This document shows, piece after piece, positions 49,641 to 58,975 of a stretch of 64,000 nt of DNA (positions are counted from its first letter, which is position 1; each line of letters begins with the position of its first letter). Location: NCBI GenBank assembly GCA_965206845.1, contig OZ242221.1, positions 480,001-544,000 on the forward strand. The letters run 5' to 3'. Under the pieces are notes generated by a model that searched no databases, had not been told where the DNA came from, and saw nothing but the letters and a program-made list of their open reading frames with translations. Origin of the DNA: Cenarchaeum sp. Lineage in GTDB: Archaea; Thermoproteota; Nitrososphaeria; Nitrososphaerales; Nitrosopumilaceae. The position numbers and the translations under genes were made by a program.

Positions 49641-50111
49641 TCATGGCTTGCGCGGCCACAGGCGCACGTGATCCTTGCTTACCTTCTGCAGCTCCACAAA
49701 GGTCTCCGTGTTCTGGATTCCGTTTATCCTGCCGATCTTCTCGATCACCACGTTGTGAAGCCGTTCCAGATCGTCCGCAAACACCATGACCATCATGTCA
49801 AACCGGCCGGTAACCTCCGAGACGGACAGTACCTCTGCAGTGTCCAGCAGCTCCCTGTGAATCTCGATCTTGAGCTTTGGATCGCGGTTGACTCCCACCA
49901 TTGCCCTGACTCCGATTCCCAGAAGCGAGTCGTCGATCTCTATGGTAAACCTCTTGATCAGGCCCTTCTTGGTCATCCTCTTGATCCGGCTGTAGATGAC
50001 AGACGGGTTGACATGTATCTTTTTGGAGAGAACCGGTACGGAGATCGAGCTGTCTGCCGAGAGCTCGTAGAGCAGCTGCATGTCCAGATCGTCAAAGCGG
50101 TGCATTGTCAA
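49641..50111 (-). CDS. Lrp/AsnC family transcriptional regulator
   Basis: DDLD..LL..L HTH, RIKRM...G.I..F, EVTGRFD. Confidence 0.92.
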   Translation of the reverse strand: MTMHRFDDLDMQLLYELSADSSISVPVLSKKIHVNPSVIYSRIKRMTKKGLIKRFTIEIDDSLLGIGVRAMVGVNRDPKLKIEIHRELLDTAEVLSVSEVTGRFDMMVMVFADDLERLHNVVIEKIGRINGIQNTETFVELQKVSKDHVRLWPRKP

Positions 50112-50274
50112 TAATAGATCACCGAATGTAATAAGTGTAGATATATTAGTGTATAACTGCGATGTGTCGTAAAAACTTGTGTCAAAGCAGACAATTAATG
50201 AAAAAATCTTCTACTACTCACCCCGCTGCCATCCCTAAACGATTTTAAATAGTCAAAAACGATGACCTGTCGTA

Positions 50275-50931
50275 ATGGTAAGTGAGGAAGAGCTGGGCTC
50301 GATGATAAAGGAGGCCAAGGGCTCAGGCAAGGAGCGCAAGTTTACCCAGTCCGTAGAGATCATCATGAACTTTAAGGATATTGACGTAAAGAAGGGGTTT
50401 CAGATAAACGAGACGGTCCAGCTCCCAAAGACCACGTCGCCTGCCCGGGTCTGCGTAATAGCGTCCGGCGACATGGGCATCAAGGCAAAGAGCGCCAGCG
50501 CCGACCGGGTGATAGACACGGACGAGCTCAGCACGTTTGCAGAGAACAAGAGGGCCGCACGCAAGTTTGTCAACCAGTATGACTTTTTCCTGGCGGACAC
50601 AAAGATGATGCCCACCGTGGGAAAGGTCCTGGGCCAGATTCTGGGACCGCGGGGGAAGATGCCCACGCCGGTTCCGTTCAATGCTCCCATCGAGGCATTT
50701 CTGGACAGGTTCAGATCGTCAATGCGCGTAAGGGTACGCGGATCACTGTCGCTCTCGTGCAAGATTGGCAACGAGACCATGGACGAGGCGGCCCTGACTG
50801 CAAACGCAATGGCGGTAATTGGCGCAGTGGAGAAGAAGCTTCCAAACGGTGACAAGAATATGAAGCGGATCATGATCAAGACGACCATGGGCGGCGCAGT
50901 AAAGCAGAAGATACAGACGAGGCGGAAATAG
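50275..50931 (+). CDS. rpl1: 50S ribosomal protein L1
   Basis: RKFTQSVE, LGPRGKMP, KTTMG. Confidence 0.97.
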   Translation: MVSEEELGSMIKEAKGSGKERKFTQSVEIIMNFKDIDVKKGFQINETVQLPKTTSPARVCVIASGDMGIKAKSASADRVIDTDELSTFAENKRAARKFVNQYDFFLADTKMMPTVGKVLGQILGPRGKMPTPVPFNAPIEAFLDRFRSSMRVRVRGSLSLSCKIGNETMDEAALTANAMAVIGAVEKKLPNGDKNMKRIMIKTTMGGAVKQKIQTRRK

Positions 50932-51797
50932 TGCACCAGAACAGAAGCACGTACCCAGAAAGGAAGACCAGGATGCACCAGCAGCTGCAGGCGACTCGAG
51001 GCAGATACAAGGTTCTGGCCCTGGTAAAGATGGACAAGGTAAGATCGTCGCAGATCCTGCCGCTGAGAAAGAGAATGAAGGGCGAGGCGGAGCTTGTAAG
51101 CATCAAGAACCGCATTGCAAGAAAGGCGCTGGAGGGCGCCGGCACCGGCGGAATCAGGCAGTTTGTGGACAATCTCACAGGCCAGTGCATGCTGGTACTC
51201 ACAGACATGTCGCCGTTCAAGCTCAACATGCTGCTGACAAAGAACAGAATAATGCTGGCCGCCAGGGCAGGCGATACGGCCAGCGTGGATGTGGTGGTAA
51301 AGAAACAGAACACGGGCATTGCGCCGGGACCCATGCTGACCGAGTTCAAGGATGCAAAGATCCCCACAAGGATAGATCAGGGAACCATCTGGATTACAAA
51401 GGACACCATTCCGGTAAAGAAGGGCGATGTGATCTCAGAGCAGCTTGCGCCTCTTTTGACCAAGCTCAACATCAAGCCCGTGGAGGCCGGAATTGCCCTA
51501 GAGTACGCACTGGAGGACGACATGCTGTACGACAGGAGCGATCTAACGATCGACGTGGATGCGGTCCGCAACGAGCTTGCGCTGTGTCAGCAAAGGGCGC
51601 TAAACCTGGCGGTCGAGGCAGCCTATGTCACGCCTGAGAGCGTTGCAGCCGTGCTGGCAAAAGCGTCGCATGTGGCCAGAAGCCTGTCTGTAGAGTCCGG
51701 CCACATGACCGACGAGACGAAGGGCGAGGTACTGCAGAGGGCCCACCTGCGGGGCAGGGCGCTTGCAGGCAGCGCAAAAGGATACGCGCCGGCATAG
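50931..51797 (+). CDS. rpl10: 50S ribosomal protein L10 (P0)
   Basis: KN, ARAG.A..DV, TGIAPGP, G.I.I..D, L.I.P. Confidence 0.95.
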   Translation: MHQNRSTYPERKTRMHQQLQATRGRYKVLALVKMDKVRSSQILPLRKRMKGEAELVSIKNRIARKALEGAGTGGIRQFVDNLTGQCMLVLTDMSPFKLNMLLTKNRIMLAARAGDTASVDVVVKKQNTGIAPGPMLTEFKDAKIPTRIDQGTIWITKDTIPVKKGDVISEQLAPLLTKLNIKPVEAGIALEYALEDDMLYDRSDLTIDVDAVRNELALCQQRALNLAVEAAYVTPESVAAVLAKASHVARSLSVESGHMTDETKGEVLQRAHLRGRALAGSAKGYAPA

Positions 51798-51996
51798 CAT
51801 GTGCAGGGCCGGCAGGCCATCTTCTGATATAGGGCGGATTTTACTGTGCAGCTGGCGCGTAGTTGCGTATGAAGCCAAAGCCCCACTCACTTGCGCGCAG
51901 GCCTTTGCATCCAGACATGCCTTCGCGCCGAGTACGACAGATGGGTGCGTGCGCAGAGTCAGGATCTAGAGACGAAAAATTTCAGACGCGATGCGC

Positions 51997-52302
51997 TTAT
52001 CCGAAGAGTGACGAGAGTCCTTCCATTGCGGACTCTTCTGCCTTGGAGTCTGCCTTTGGTTCCTTTTCCGGGGCCGCTTCCTTTGCGCCGGCATCATCCT
52101 GCGCAGGGGCTGCCGCAGGTGCCGCAACCGGTGCTGCCTTGAGTGCCTCGTCGATGTTAACATCGGCCAGTGCTGCAACTAGTGATTTTACCTGGGTCTC
52201 GTTTACGTCTGCTCCCGAGGCCTTTACCACGTTGGTAATGTTCTCCTCGCTGACATCCTTCTGAAGTTTGTGAAGCATCAGGGCCGCGTATACATATTCC
52301 AT
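51997..52302 (-). CDS. rpl12: 50S ribosomal protein L12 (P1)
   Basis: MEYVYAALMLH, Ala-rich hinge, GLSSLFG C-terminus. Confidence 0.97.
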   Translation of the reverse strand: MEYVYAALMLHKLQKDVSEENITNVVKASGADVNETQVKSLVAALADVNIDEALKAAPVAAPAAAPAQDDAGAKEAAPEKEPKADSKAEESAMEGLSSLFG

Positions 52303-52379
52303 TGTAGCAAATCCGCCCCATGAGTAATATAAAACTAAGGATCAGCATTTCACGCCCGATCCGTGCCAAAACGCGCACG

Positions 52380-52868
52380 TCAGTTCAGGATCTTCAGGCT
52401 CCTGCATACGGAGTAGAGGTTCCGCTTCAGGTTCCTATCAAGCAGCGTGTCCATCTTCTGTCGCAGCGTTCTCTTTGCCGCATCACGCTCGACCCCCTGC
52501 GGCAGGGACAGCACATTGTTTATCAGCTCCGGAAGATCCTCCCTGATCCATCCGTCCAGGTTCGAGTGGACCTTGGGCGGAATTATCTCTACCTTATCCT
52601 GTGACATGTCAAGCACCCCCGTAAAGCTGTCGTGTTCCACCCGGAATATCAGCGCATGTATGCAGTTCTCCGCGGTGGGGTTCTTCAGCACCTCCGCTGA
52701 GCGGACTCCGGCCTTGTCTTGGGCCACCTTGTTTTTGAGCCCCACGGGATCCACTACGACGCCATTTATGCCCATTCTGTCCCCGTCTACCCCGGTCACC
52801 ACGCCAAAGACAAACCTTGCGTACTGGCCGTCCGGTCGGGGGGCAAAGACATGGGAGCCCTCCGTCAT
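52380..52868 (-). CDS. Hypothetical protein
   Basis: Protein-like ORF C-terminal part; start uncertain (ORF track extends to 53081). Confidence 0.7.
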   Translation of the reverse strand: MTEGSHVFAPRPDGQYARFVFGVVTGVDGDRMGINGVVVDPVGLKNKVAQDKAGVRSAEVLKNPTAENCIHALIFRVEHDSFTGVLDMSQDKVEIIPPKVHSNLDGWIREDLPELINNVLSLPQGVERDAAKRTLRQKMDTLLDRNLKRNLYSVCRSLKILN

Positions 52869-53014
52869 GGCTGGTTTTTTGCCAAACACGAGCTTGTTTT
52901 CCTTGGCGTACGTATTTAACTTGCGCCGATATTCGGCGGCTCCTGGTGCTGCAGGTGGCCAGGCGCCAGGTGCGTCCTTTAATTTTTTTATTCTACCGCG
53001 GCGCAAGGCAGGAC

Positions 53015-53320
53015 ATGGCGCGCCTCGGAACCGTGGGACTGCTCTTTTTGGCGGCACTGATACTCGTGTCTGCCCCGGCATCGGCGTACGGGTGGAAGTC
53101 GCTCATCTTTCACCTGCAGGAGGACTGCATCGTGGACTGCAACCAGTGGTATGGGAGTCTGGGATCCTCTTCCCCCGCAAATGTAATCATAGTAGTGGCC
53201 GGCATGTTTCTGTTCTACAGCATGGGCAGACTGAAAAAGTTTGAGACCATCGCCATGCGCTGCAGCAGCTGCGGCAGGTCAACCCACGGGCTCAAGTGCC
53301 CCCTCTGCAGCGCAGGCTAG
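53015..53320 (+). CDS. Small membrane protein with C-terminal zinc ribbon
   Basis: Signal-like N-terminus, TM segment, CSSC....KCPLC. Confidence 0.6.
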   Translation: MARLGTVGLLFLAALILVSAPASAYGWKSLIFHLQEDCIVDCNQWYGSLGSSSPANVIIVVAGMFLFYSMGRLKKFETIAMRCSSCGRSTHGLKCPLCSAG

Positions 53321-53469
53321 GCTCCGGCGCGCAAAGGCGCCTGCGGGTCGGGCGCGCGGACTCTTCCTGAAATGGGCGCATATTCTCAAGCAAGGGCGGA
53401 GCTGATCCCGTGCGGCCGCGATCCTAAAATGACATAAGTATCAGATGATGCCAGTATAGACGAGGTGGT

Positions 53470-54423
53470 TTGGTGGAGATAGTGATGGGCAGGGGACCTG
53501 TGCATATTCTTCGCGAGTCCCCGTTTTATGTCCACATACTAAAAAAGTACCTAGCCTACAAGCTGTTTGACAAGAGGAGCCCGATATACGGCTCTGCGGA
53601 CATCATCAACGTCTGCAACCTGCACTGCGAGCACTGCTACTGGTGGCTGAACAGGAAGGAGAACGACGAGTTGAGCCTGCAGGACTGGAAGAGGGTTATC
53701 GACGAGAAGTTCAAGAGGAACCACATCTTCATGGTCACCGTCGTGGGCGGCGAGCCGCTGATGCGAGGGGACGTGGTAGAGCTGTTTGCGGACGAGTTTC
53801 CAAAGCGTACCTGCGTGGTGACCAACGGGACATACCCGATTCCGCACCTCAAGAACATCTACTTTTACTGGGTGTCGATCGACGGGGACCAGAAGACCCA
53901 CAACGAGATACGGGGCGACGGGGCGTGGCAGAAGACCAGGAAGAACGTGCTGGACTATGTAAACGGCAAGAAGAACGCCAAAAAGGACATATGGATTTCG
54001 ATGACGGTGAACTCAAAGAACTACAAAACCATCCCCCAGGTGATCGAGGACTGGAAGGATCACTCCAACAAGATCGGCTTTCAGTTCCACACCCCGTTCA
54101 TGGAGGGGGATCCGCTCTGGCTTCCGTTTGGCAGAGAGCGCAACGAAGCAATCAACTACATTCTTGAAAGGCAGAGTGGAGATCTGAAGGACTATATCGT
54201 GAACCCCAAGCACAATCTGGAGATTATGAGGGCCAGTTGGGGCGGAAAGGGCACCACGCCGATCGACTGCCCCACATGGGCCATAATCTCCGTGGATCAT
54301 CGCGGAAGGGAGAAGATGCCGTGTTGCATCGGCAGTGCGGAGAAGGACGGAATGAAGCCGAACTGCGAAAAGTGCGGTGTCGGGTGCTACTCTGTCATGA
54401 TGGGCTATGGCCTCAAGGGGTAG
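53470..54423 (+). CDS. Radical SAM protein with Cys-rich C-terminus
   Basis: CNLHCEHC, GGEP, TNG, SIDG, C-terminal C..CC..CEKCG.GC. Confidence 0.9.
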   Translation: MVEIVMGRGPVHILRESPFYVHILKKYLAYKLFDKRSPIYGSADIINVCNLHCEHCYWWLNRKENDELSLQDWKRVIDEKFKRNHIFMVTVVGGEPLMRGDVVELFADEFPKRTCVVTNGTYPIPHLKNIYFYWVSIDGDQKTHNEIRGDGAWQKTRKNVLDYVNGKKNAKKDIWISMTVNSKNYKTIPQVIEDWKDHSNKIGFQFHTPFMEGDPLWLPFGRERNEAINYILERQSGDLKDYIVNPKHNLEIMRASWGGKGTTPIDCPTWAIISVDHRGREKMPCCIGSAEKDGMKPNCEKCGVGCYSVMMGYGLKG

Positions 54424-54471
54424 CCGGTGTGAATTGACGCACCGCAGCGGTTGCGCCTGCCGCGCGTGGCC

Positions 54472-54870
54472 CTAGCGCGCGGGCACGTCAAAGGCCATCT
54501 CGTTGCCGTATCTCCGACGGATGTCGTCATAAAGAGCCTTGCGCTCCGGATCCAGGTTCCCGCTCCCGTCATACATCTTTGTGAAAAAGCACGCCAGCAC
54601 ACGCGCCCCCTGCTCGTCAAAGAACTGCACGCTGAAGCTGGTTCGTCCGGGTTTCTGCTCCTCTACGAACTTGGCCTTCCGGATCAGGTCGGCGTTCACA
54701 TGCATATGACATGGTCCGTCATTGTCACCTATTGTTATCCACTTCTCTTTCTGTCTGATTCCCAGCGAGTTGCTGCGGATCTCGCTTACCGCTCCGTTGG
54801 ATCTGACGATCAGCAGGACGTTCTGCACACGTATGACATCTGACAGGACACTTTGTAGCACAGATGACAT
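54472..54870 (-). CDS. ChuX/HutX family heme-binding-like protein
   Basis: GAVSE, HMH, SVQFFD..G..V..F pattern of HutX/HemS-type fold. Confidence 0.7.
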   Translation of the reverse strand: MSSVLQSVLSDVIRVQNVLLIVRSNGAVSEIRSNSLGIRQKEKWITIGDNDGPCHMHVNADLIRKAKFVEEQKPGRTSFSVQFFDEQGARVLACFFTKMYDGSGNLDPERKALYDDIRRRYGNEMAFDVPAR

Positions 54871-55215
54871 GCCAGACAGCGGCTATTAAAGCAGGCTGTG
54901 AGTCTTGCGCATCCGAATAAAAGGCGGAAGGTCTTGCCGCAGTCGGTGCGCCAGGACTTCACTTGCCGTGGCGCGGCACCCACATGCCGGCAGACGCCAT
55001 CCTAATGATGCCAAGGTCTCAGCATGCCGATCGCCGGGCATACTGATCCTGTGCTTCGATATGCCCGGGCTAGCCCCCGGTTGCCGCATCAAACAGGGCG
55101 CACTCGCACCTGTCGCGCTCGCCGCAGTACTGGCACTTGCAGTGGCAGTGAAGCAGCTGTATCTCGCACCGGTCGCAGCTGTCATACCCCTCTGCCCATA
55201 CAAGTGATCTGGCAG

Positions 55216-55488
55216 TCATGCCGCCTCCGGGCACCACTCTGCCGGCAACAGCGTCAGGGTGGATCTGACATGCAGCATGCTGCGGATCTTCCAGACTATG
55301 GTGCGCTTGAGTGACTCGGGGGTATCTGACTGCACACTAGCAACTATGTCGTACGCGCCGCTGACGCTCCGGACATCTGTCACGCCCTTCACATTCCTCA
55401 GGCTGTCAGAGACCTCCTCGCACTTGTACAGGTCGCAGTTTATGAGCACATGCGCCATGGGCCTTACCAGTATCTTCTGTGTTGACAT
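55216..55488 (-). CDS. Stand-alone Lrp/AsnC ligand-binding (RAM) domain protein
   Basis: AHVLINC, V.GAYDIVA, IR....VRSTLTL. Confidence 0.85.
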   Translation of the reverse strand: MSTQKILVRPMAHVLINCDLYKCEEVSDSLRNVKGVTDVRSVSGAYDIVASVQSDTPESLKRTIVWKIRSMLHVRSTLTLLPAEWCPEAA

Positions 55489-55614
55489 ATTATACTATAC
55501 AGTATCAGGTATTTTAAGAGGATCAGCTAATAGATATAAACATATAAGATATTTACGAAAAGAACCATACAAGTATTAAGATAATCAGCTGTTTAGGCAC
55601 ATCGTACAAGATGC

Positions 55615-55790
55615 CATAACGGCACGCAAAAGTTCGTGCAGTGTGTAAGCAGACCGTAAGACTTTGATACGCTCAAAAATCCACTTATGGAATCAAATCC
55701 TTCATGGAATACACTGTTTTTTTGACCAGTTGTGATCGATTCCAATAGGTGCTGGTCAATGTTCTGCACGAATTTACGATCGGCGCTATA
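55615..55790. mobile_element. Degenerate IS630-like MITE (same family as 63416-63615)
   Basis: Right end rc TATAGCGCCGATCGTAAATTCGTGCAG matches the 63416 end (27/30 including flanks); decayed left end CATAACGGCACGCAAAAGTTCGTGCAG. Confidence 0.65.
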
Positions 55791-56206
55791 CGACGTCTCA
55801 GGGAGAGCCTCGTGGTGGTGTCACGCATGAAACCGCCGCATCGCCATACCTGCCCCGGCCATGGCAGGATTGCTGACGGTATCCCGGAACCATAGGTGAG
55901 TTCGGGCCAAACCGGCAGATGCACGGTTTTTATCATACTGCCCCTAGGTGCGCAGCCAGTGGCAGTCGCAGTTGCAGCCCTGCTGGCATCTGACCCTCCT
56001 GCAGTCAGAACACAGCTTGCTCCTCCAGAACGACGCGATGTTCATGCCATACATCCATTATTTTGTATAAAAGCCTGCAATGAGCAGGGTGGCCCATGTA
56101 AGGATCCAGGGAATGCGGCCGTTCCGGCGGCGCACCAAGGTATTGCCTGCCGCCCCATATCTGCAATTAGGAATTTCTTAATATCCGAAGATCCGAGAGT
56201 CCTGCA

Positions 56207-58975
56207 ATGAGAAAATCCGATATTCTCAGGGAGTTCTCCGCGGATCCGGACAGGTACTACAGGGTGAATCTCTTTGAGGAGCAAGGGTTTGAACGGAAGA
56301 GGTGCAAAAGGTGCCGCAGGTACTTTTGGACGATGGATGCGTCACGCCGGTTCTGCCCTGACGACGCGCCGGACATCTACTCGTTCATAGGCCAGCCGCC
56401 CACCGCAAAGCGCTTTGACTACACAGAGGCTTGGAGGCAGGTCGAGTCGTTCTTTGTAAGAAACGGTCACACGTCCATAAGTAGGTATCCAGTGGTGTGC
56501 CGCTGGCGCGACGATCTCTTCTTCACCATAGCCAGCATAGTGGACTTTCAGAGGGTGATGGGCTCAAAGGTGGTCTTTGAGTTTCCCGCAAATCCGCTGG
56601 TGGTGCCGCAGACATGCCTGCGCTTTAAGGACCTGGAAAATGTGGGCGTTACCGGACGACACTTTTCCAGCTTTTGCATGATAGGTCAGTGCGCGGTTCC
56701 GGATCAGGACGGGTACTGGAAGGACCGGTGCGTGGAACTGGACTACCGGCTGGTAACAGAGCAATTCGGGATCCCCGGCGAGGAGGTCACGTTTGTCGAG
56801 GATGTCTGGGTAGGCGGCGGCTCGTTTGGATCCTCGCTGGAGTACTTTGTCCGCGGCCTGGAGCTGGGCAATGCCGTATTTACCGAGTTTCAGGGAGAGC
56901 TGGGAAAGCATACGACCTTGGACCAGAGGGTCATAGACATGGGCGCCGGCCTTGAGAGGCTGGCCTGGATCACCGCGGGCACGCCCACCGCGTATGACTG
57001 CTGCTTTGGACCTGTCATTGGCAGGCTGTTTGAGATGGCCGGCGTGGATCCCGAAGCGGGAGCTCCGGTAGCATACTTTACAGAGATCGCAAAGGCGCTG
57101 GACAGGCTCGACCCGCGGGATCTGCGGAGGCGTGCGGCATCTCGTGCTGGAATTGCGGAGGATCAGATAAGCCGGCTGGTCGTACCCAGAGAGGGCGCGT
57201 ACCTGATAGCGGATCACCTTCGAACCCTGATCTTTGCCATCGCCGACGGCGCCCTGCCAAGCAATGTTGGGGGCGGGTACAACCTGCGCATAATGCTGCG
57301 CCGCATAAGCGGAACCATAAACAAGCTGGGGATCAGGCCAGACATCCCGGAGCTGGTGGATCTGCACATCGACTACCTTATGAGGACGTACCCGGAGCTG
57401 GACGCCCGGAGGGACGACGTCAAGACGATCCTGGATATCGAGTCCAGGAGGTACGAAGAGTCAAAGTCCAGAATGGGCAGGATTGCGCACAGGATAAACA
57501 GGAAAGATCGGCCGCCTACCGTGGACGAGCTGATAACGCTCTACGAGTCGGACGGCATCACGCCGGACTACCTCATGGAGACGGGGGTCATCCAGGAGGT
57601 TCCTGCCACGTTCTATACCAGGCTGTCACAGCTGCACCAGGACAGAAGGGAGGGTGCTGCGGTGCATCTCCCACTGGAGGGGCTGGACGAGACTGCGGCA
57701 CTGTACTATGCAGACGATCCCGCCACATTCGATGCCATGGTGCTGCGGGTGATCGATGACATGGTGGTGCTGGATCGGACATCGTTCTATCCAAGGGGCG
57801 GGGGGCAGGAGCCGGACCACGGGAAGATAGACGGCTTTGCGGTAGCCGATGTACAAAAGCACGCAGGCATCATACTTCACAGGCTGGAGGGGGGCGTGCC
57901 CCGGGAGGGCAAAACGGTTTCGTGCAGCGTTGACCAGAAGAGGAGAGCGGGCATCACAAAACACCACACCGGCACCCACATCCTGAACGCATCGTCCCGG
58001 AAGGTCCTGGGTTCCTGGGTCTGGCAGCACTCGGCTTTCAAGGAGGAGGATCATGCAAGACTGGACATTACGCACCACTCCTCGCTGACCGGCGAGCAGG
58101 TGCAGAGGATAGAGGATGAGGCAAACGCACTGGTAGGGGAGGACCTCCCGGTGACCGTGGAGAATCTTGATCGAGGATCCGCAGAGCAGAGGTACGGCTT
58201 TAGGATATACCAGGGCGGTGTCGTTCCCGTCAAATCGGTGAGGATAGTCTCGATCCAGGACCGCGACGTGGAGGCCTGCGGGGGTACCCATGTAAAGAGG
58301 ACAGGCGAGATCGACCTCATAAGGATCACAAGGACCAAGAGAATCCAGGACGGCGTTGTGCGCCTCGAGTTCGTATCTGGAGAGGCCGCAACAAAATACG
58401 TAGCAAGGGTGCACAAACAGGCAGCGCAGGACGCCGCAGAGGCCAAGAGCAGGGAGCGCGTACTCGCGGAGAGGGAGGAGCAGAGGAGCGTGGCCCGGCA
58501 GGACATACCGGTGCTACTAGCTGGAATATCTGCCAGTGCCGAACCGCAGGAGCCCGGCCAGTGCCGCGTCATACGCACAAGTAGCTCCCGTTTTACCATA
58601 GAGGAGTGCGGGAACCGGCGGGCCCACCGCACCGGCATAGAGCGGTGGCGCACCGGCACCGGGTGGTTCTACCGCACATCAGACCAGAGATACGGCGAGC
58701 GCTTTCACATAAAGATGGGCAGGGACCTGGTGAATGCAGAGCCTGGTTCGACATACTGCGGCCTGCTTGAGGCGGGTCCCACGGTCAGGATAATGGTATA
58801 TGCGGGGGAGCAGGTAAGCGCGGACCGGTCGGCGGCTGCCATCGCCGAGGCGGCATCGCTGGCCCTCGGCGGTTCCGGTGGCGGCAACGCCTCATTTGCG
58901 CAGGGCGGCGGAAGGAACACATCTAAAATAGAGGAAGCTCTGGACATAGCAAAATCAATGGCTGTTGGGATGTAG
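56207..58975 (+). CDS. alaS: Alanine--tRNA ligase
   Basis: YPVV.RWRDD, GRH.S.F.M, GLELGN.VF, HT.TH editing motif, ACGGTH, GGSGGG..FAQGGG. Confidence 0.97.
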   Translation: MRKSDILREFSADPDRYYRVNLFEEQGFERKRCKRCRRYFWTMDASRRFCPDDAPDIYSFIGQPPTAKRFDYTEAWRQVESFFVRNGHTSISRYPVVCRWRDDLFFTIASIVDFQRVMGSKVVFEFPANPLVVPQTCLRFKDLENVGVTGRHFSSFCMIGQCAVPDQDGYWKDRCVELDYRLVTEQFGIPGEEVTFVEDVWVGGGSFGSSLEYFVRGLELGNAVFTEFQGELGKHTTLDQRVIDMGAGLERLAWITAGTPTAYDCCFGPVIGRLFEMAGVDPEAGAPVAYFTEIAKALDRLDPRDLRRRAASRAGIAEDQISRLVVPREGAYLIADHLRTLIFAIADGALPSNVGGGYNLRIMLRRISGTINKLGIRPDIPELVDLHIDYLMRTYPELDARRDDVKTILDIESRRYEESKSRMGRIAHRINRKDRPPTVDELITLYESDGITPDYLMETGVIQEVPATFYTRLSQLHQDRREGAAVHLPLEGLDETAALYYADDPATFDAMVLRVIDDMVVLDRTSFYPRGGGQEPDHGKIDGFAVADVQKHAGIILHRLEGGVPREGKTVSCSVDQKRRAGITKHHTGTHILNASSRKVLGSWVWQHSAFKEEDHARLDITHHSSLTGEQVQRIEDEANALVGEDLPVTVENLDRGSAEQRYGFRIYQGGVVPVKSVRIVSIQDRDVEACGGTHVKRTGEIDLIRITRTKRIQDGVVRLEFVSGEAATKYVARVHKQAAQDAAEAKSRERVLAEREEQRSVARQDIPVLLAGISASAEPQEPGQCRVIRTSSSRFTIEECGNRRAHRTGIERWRTGTGWFYRTSDQRYGERFHIKMGRDLVNAEPGSTYCGLLEAGPTVRIMVYAGEQVSADRSAAAIAEAASLALGGSGGGNASFAQGGGRNTSKIEEALDIAKSMAVGM

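Noticed and set aside
58520-58700. Atypical Arg-rich segment in the AlaRS C-terminal domain
   Set aside because: In frame, in a poorly conserved region, with no repeats or element ends; cannot support a special function
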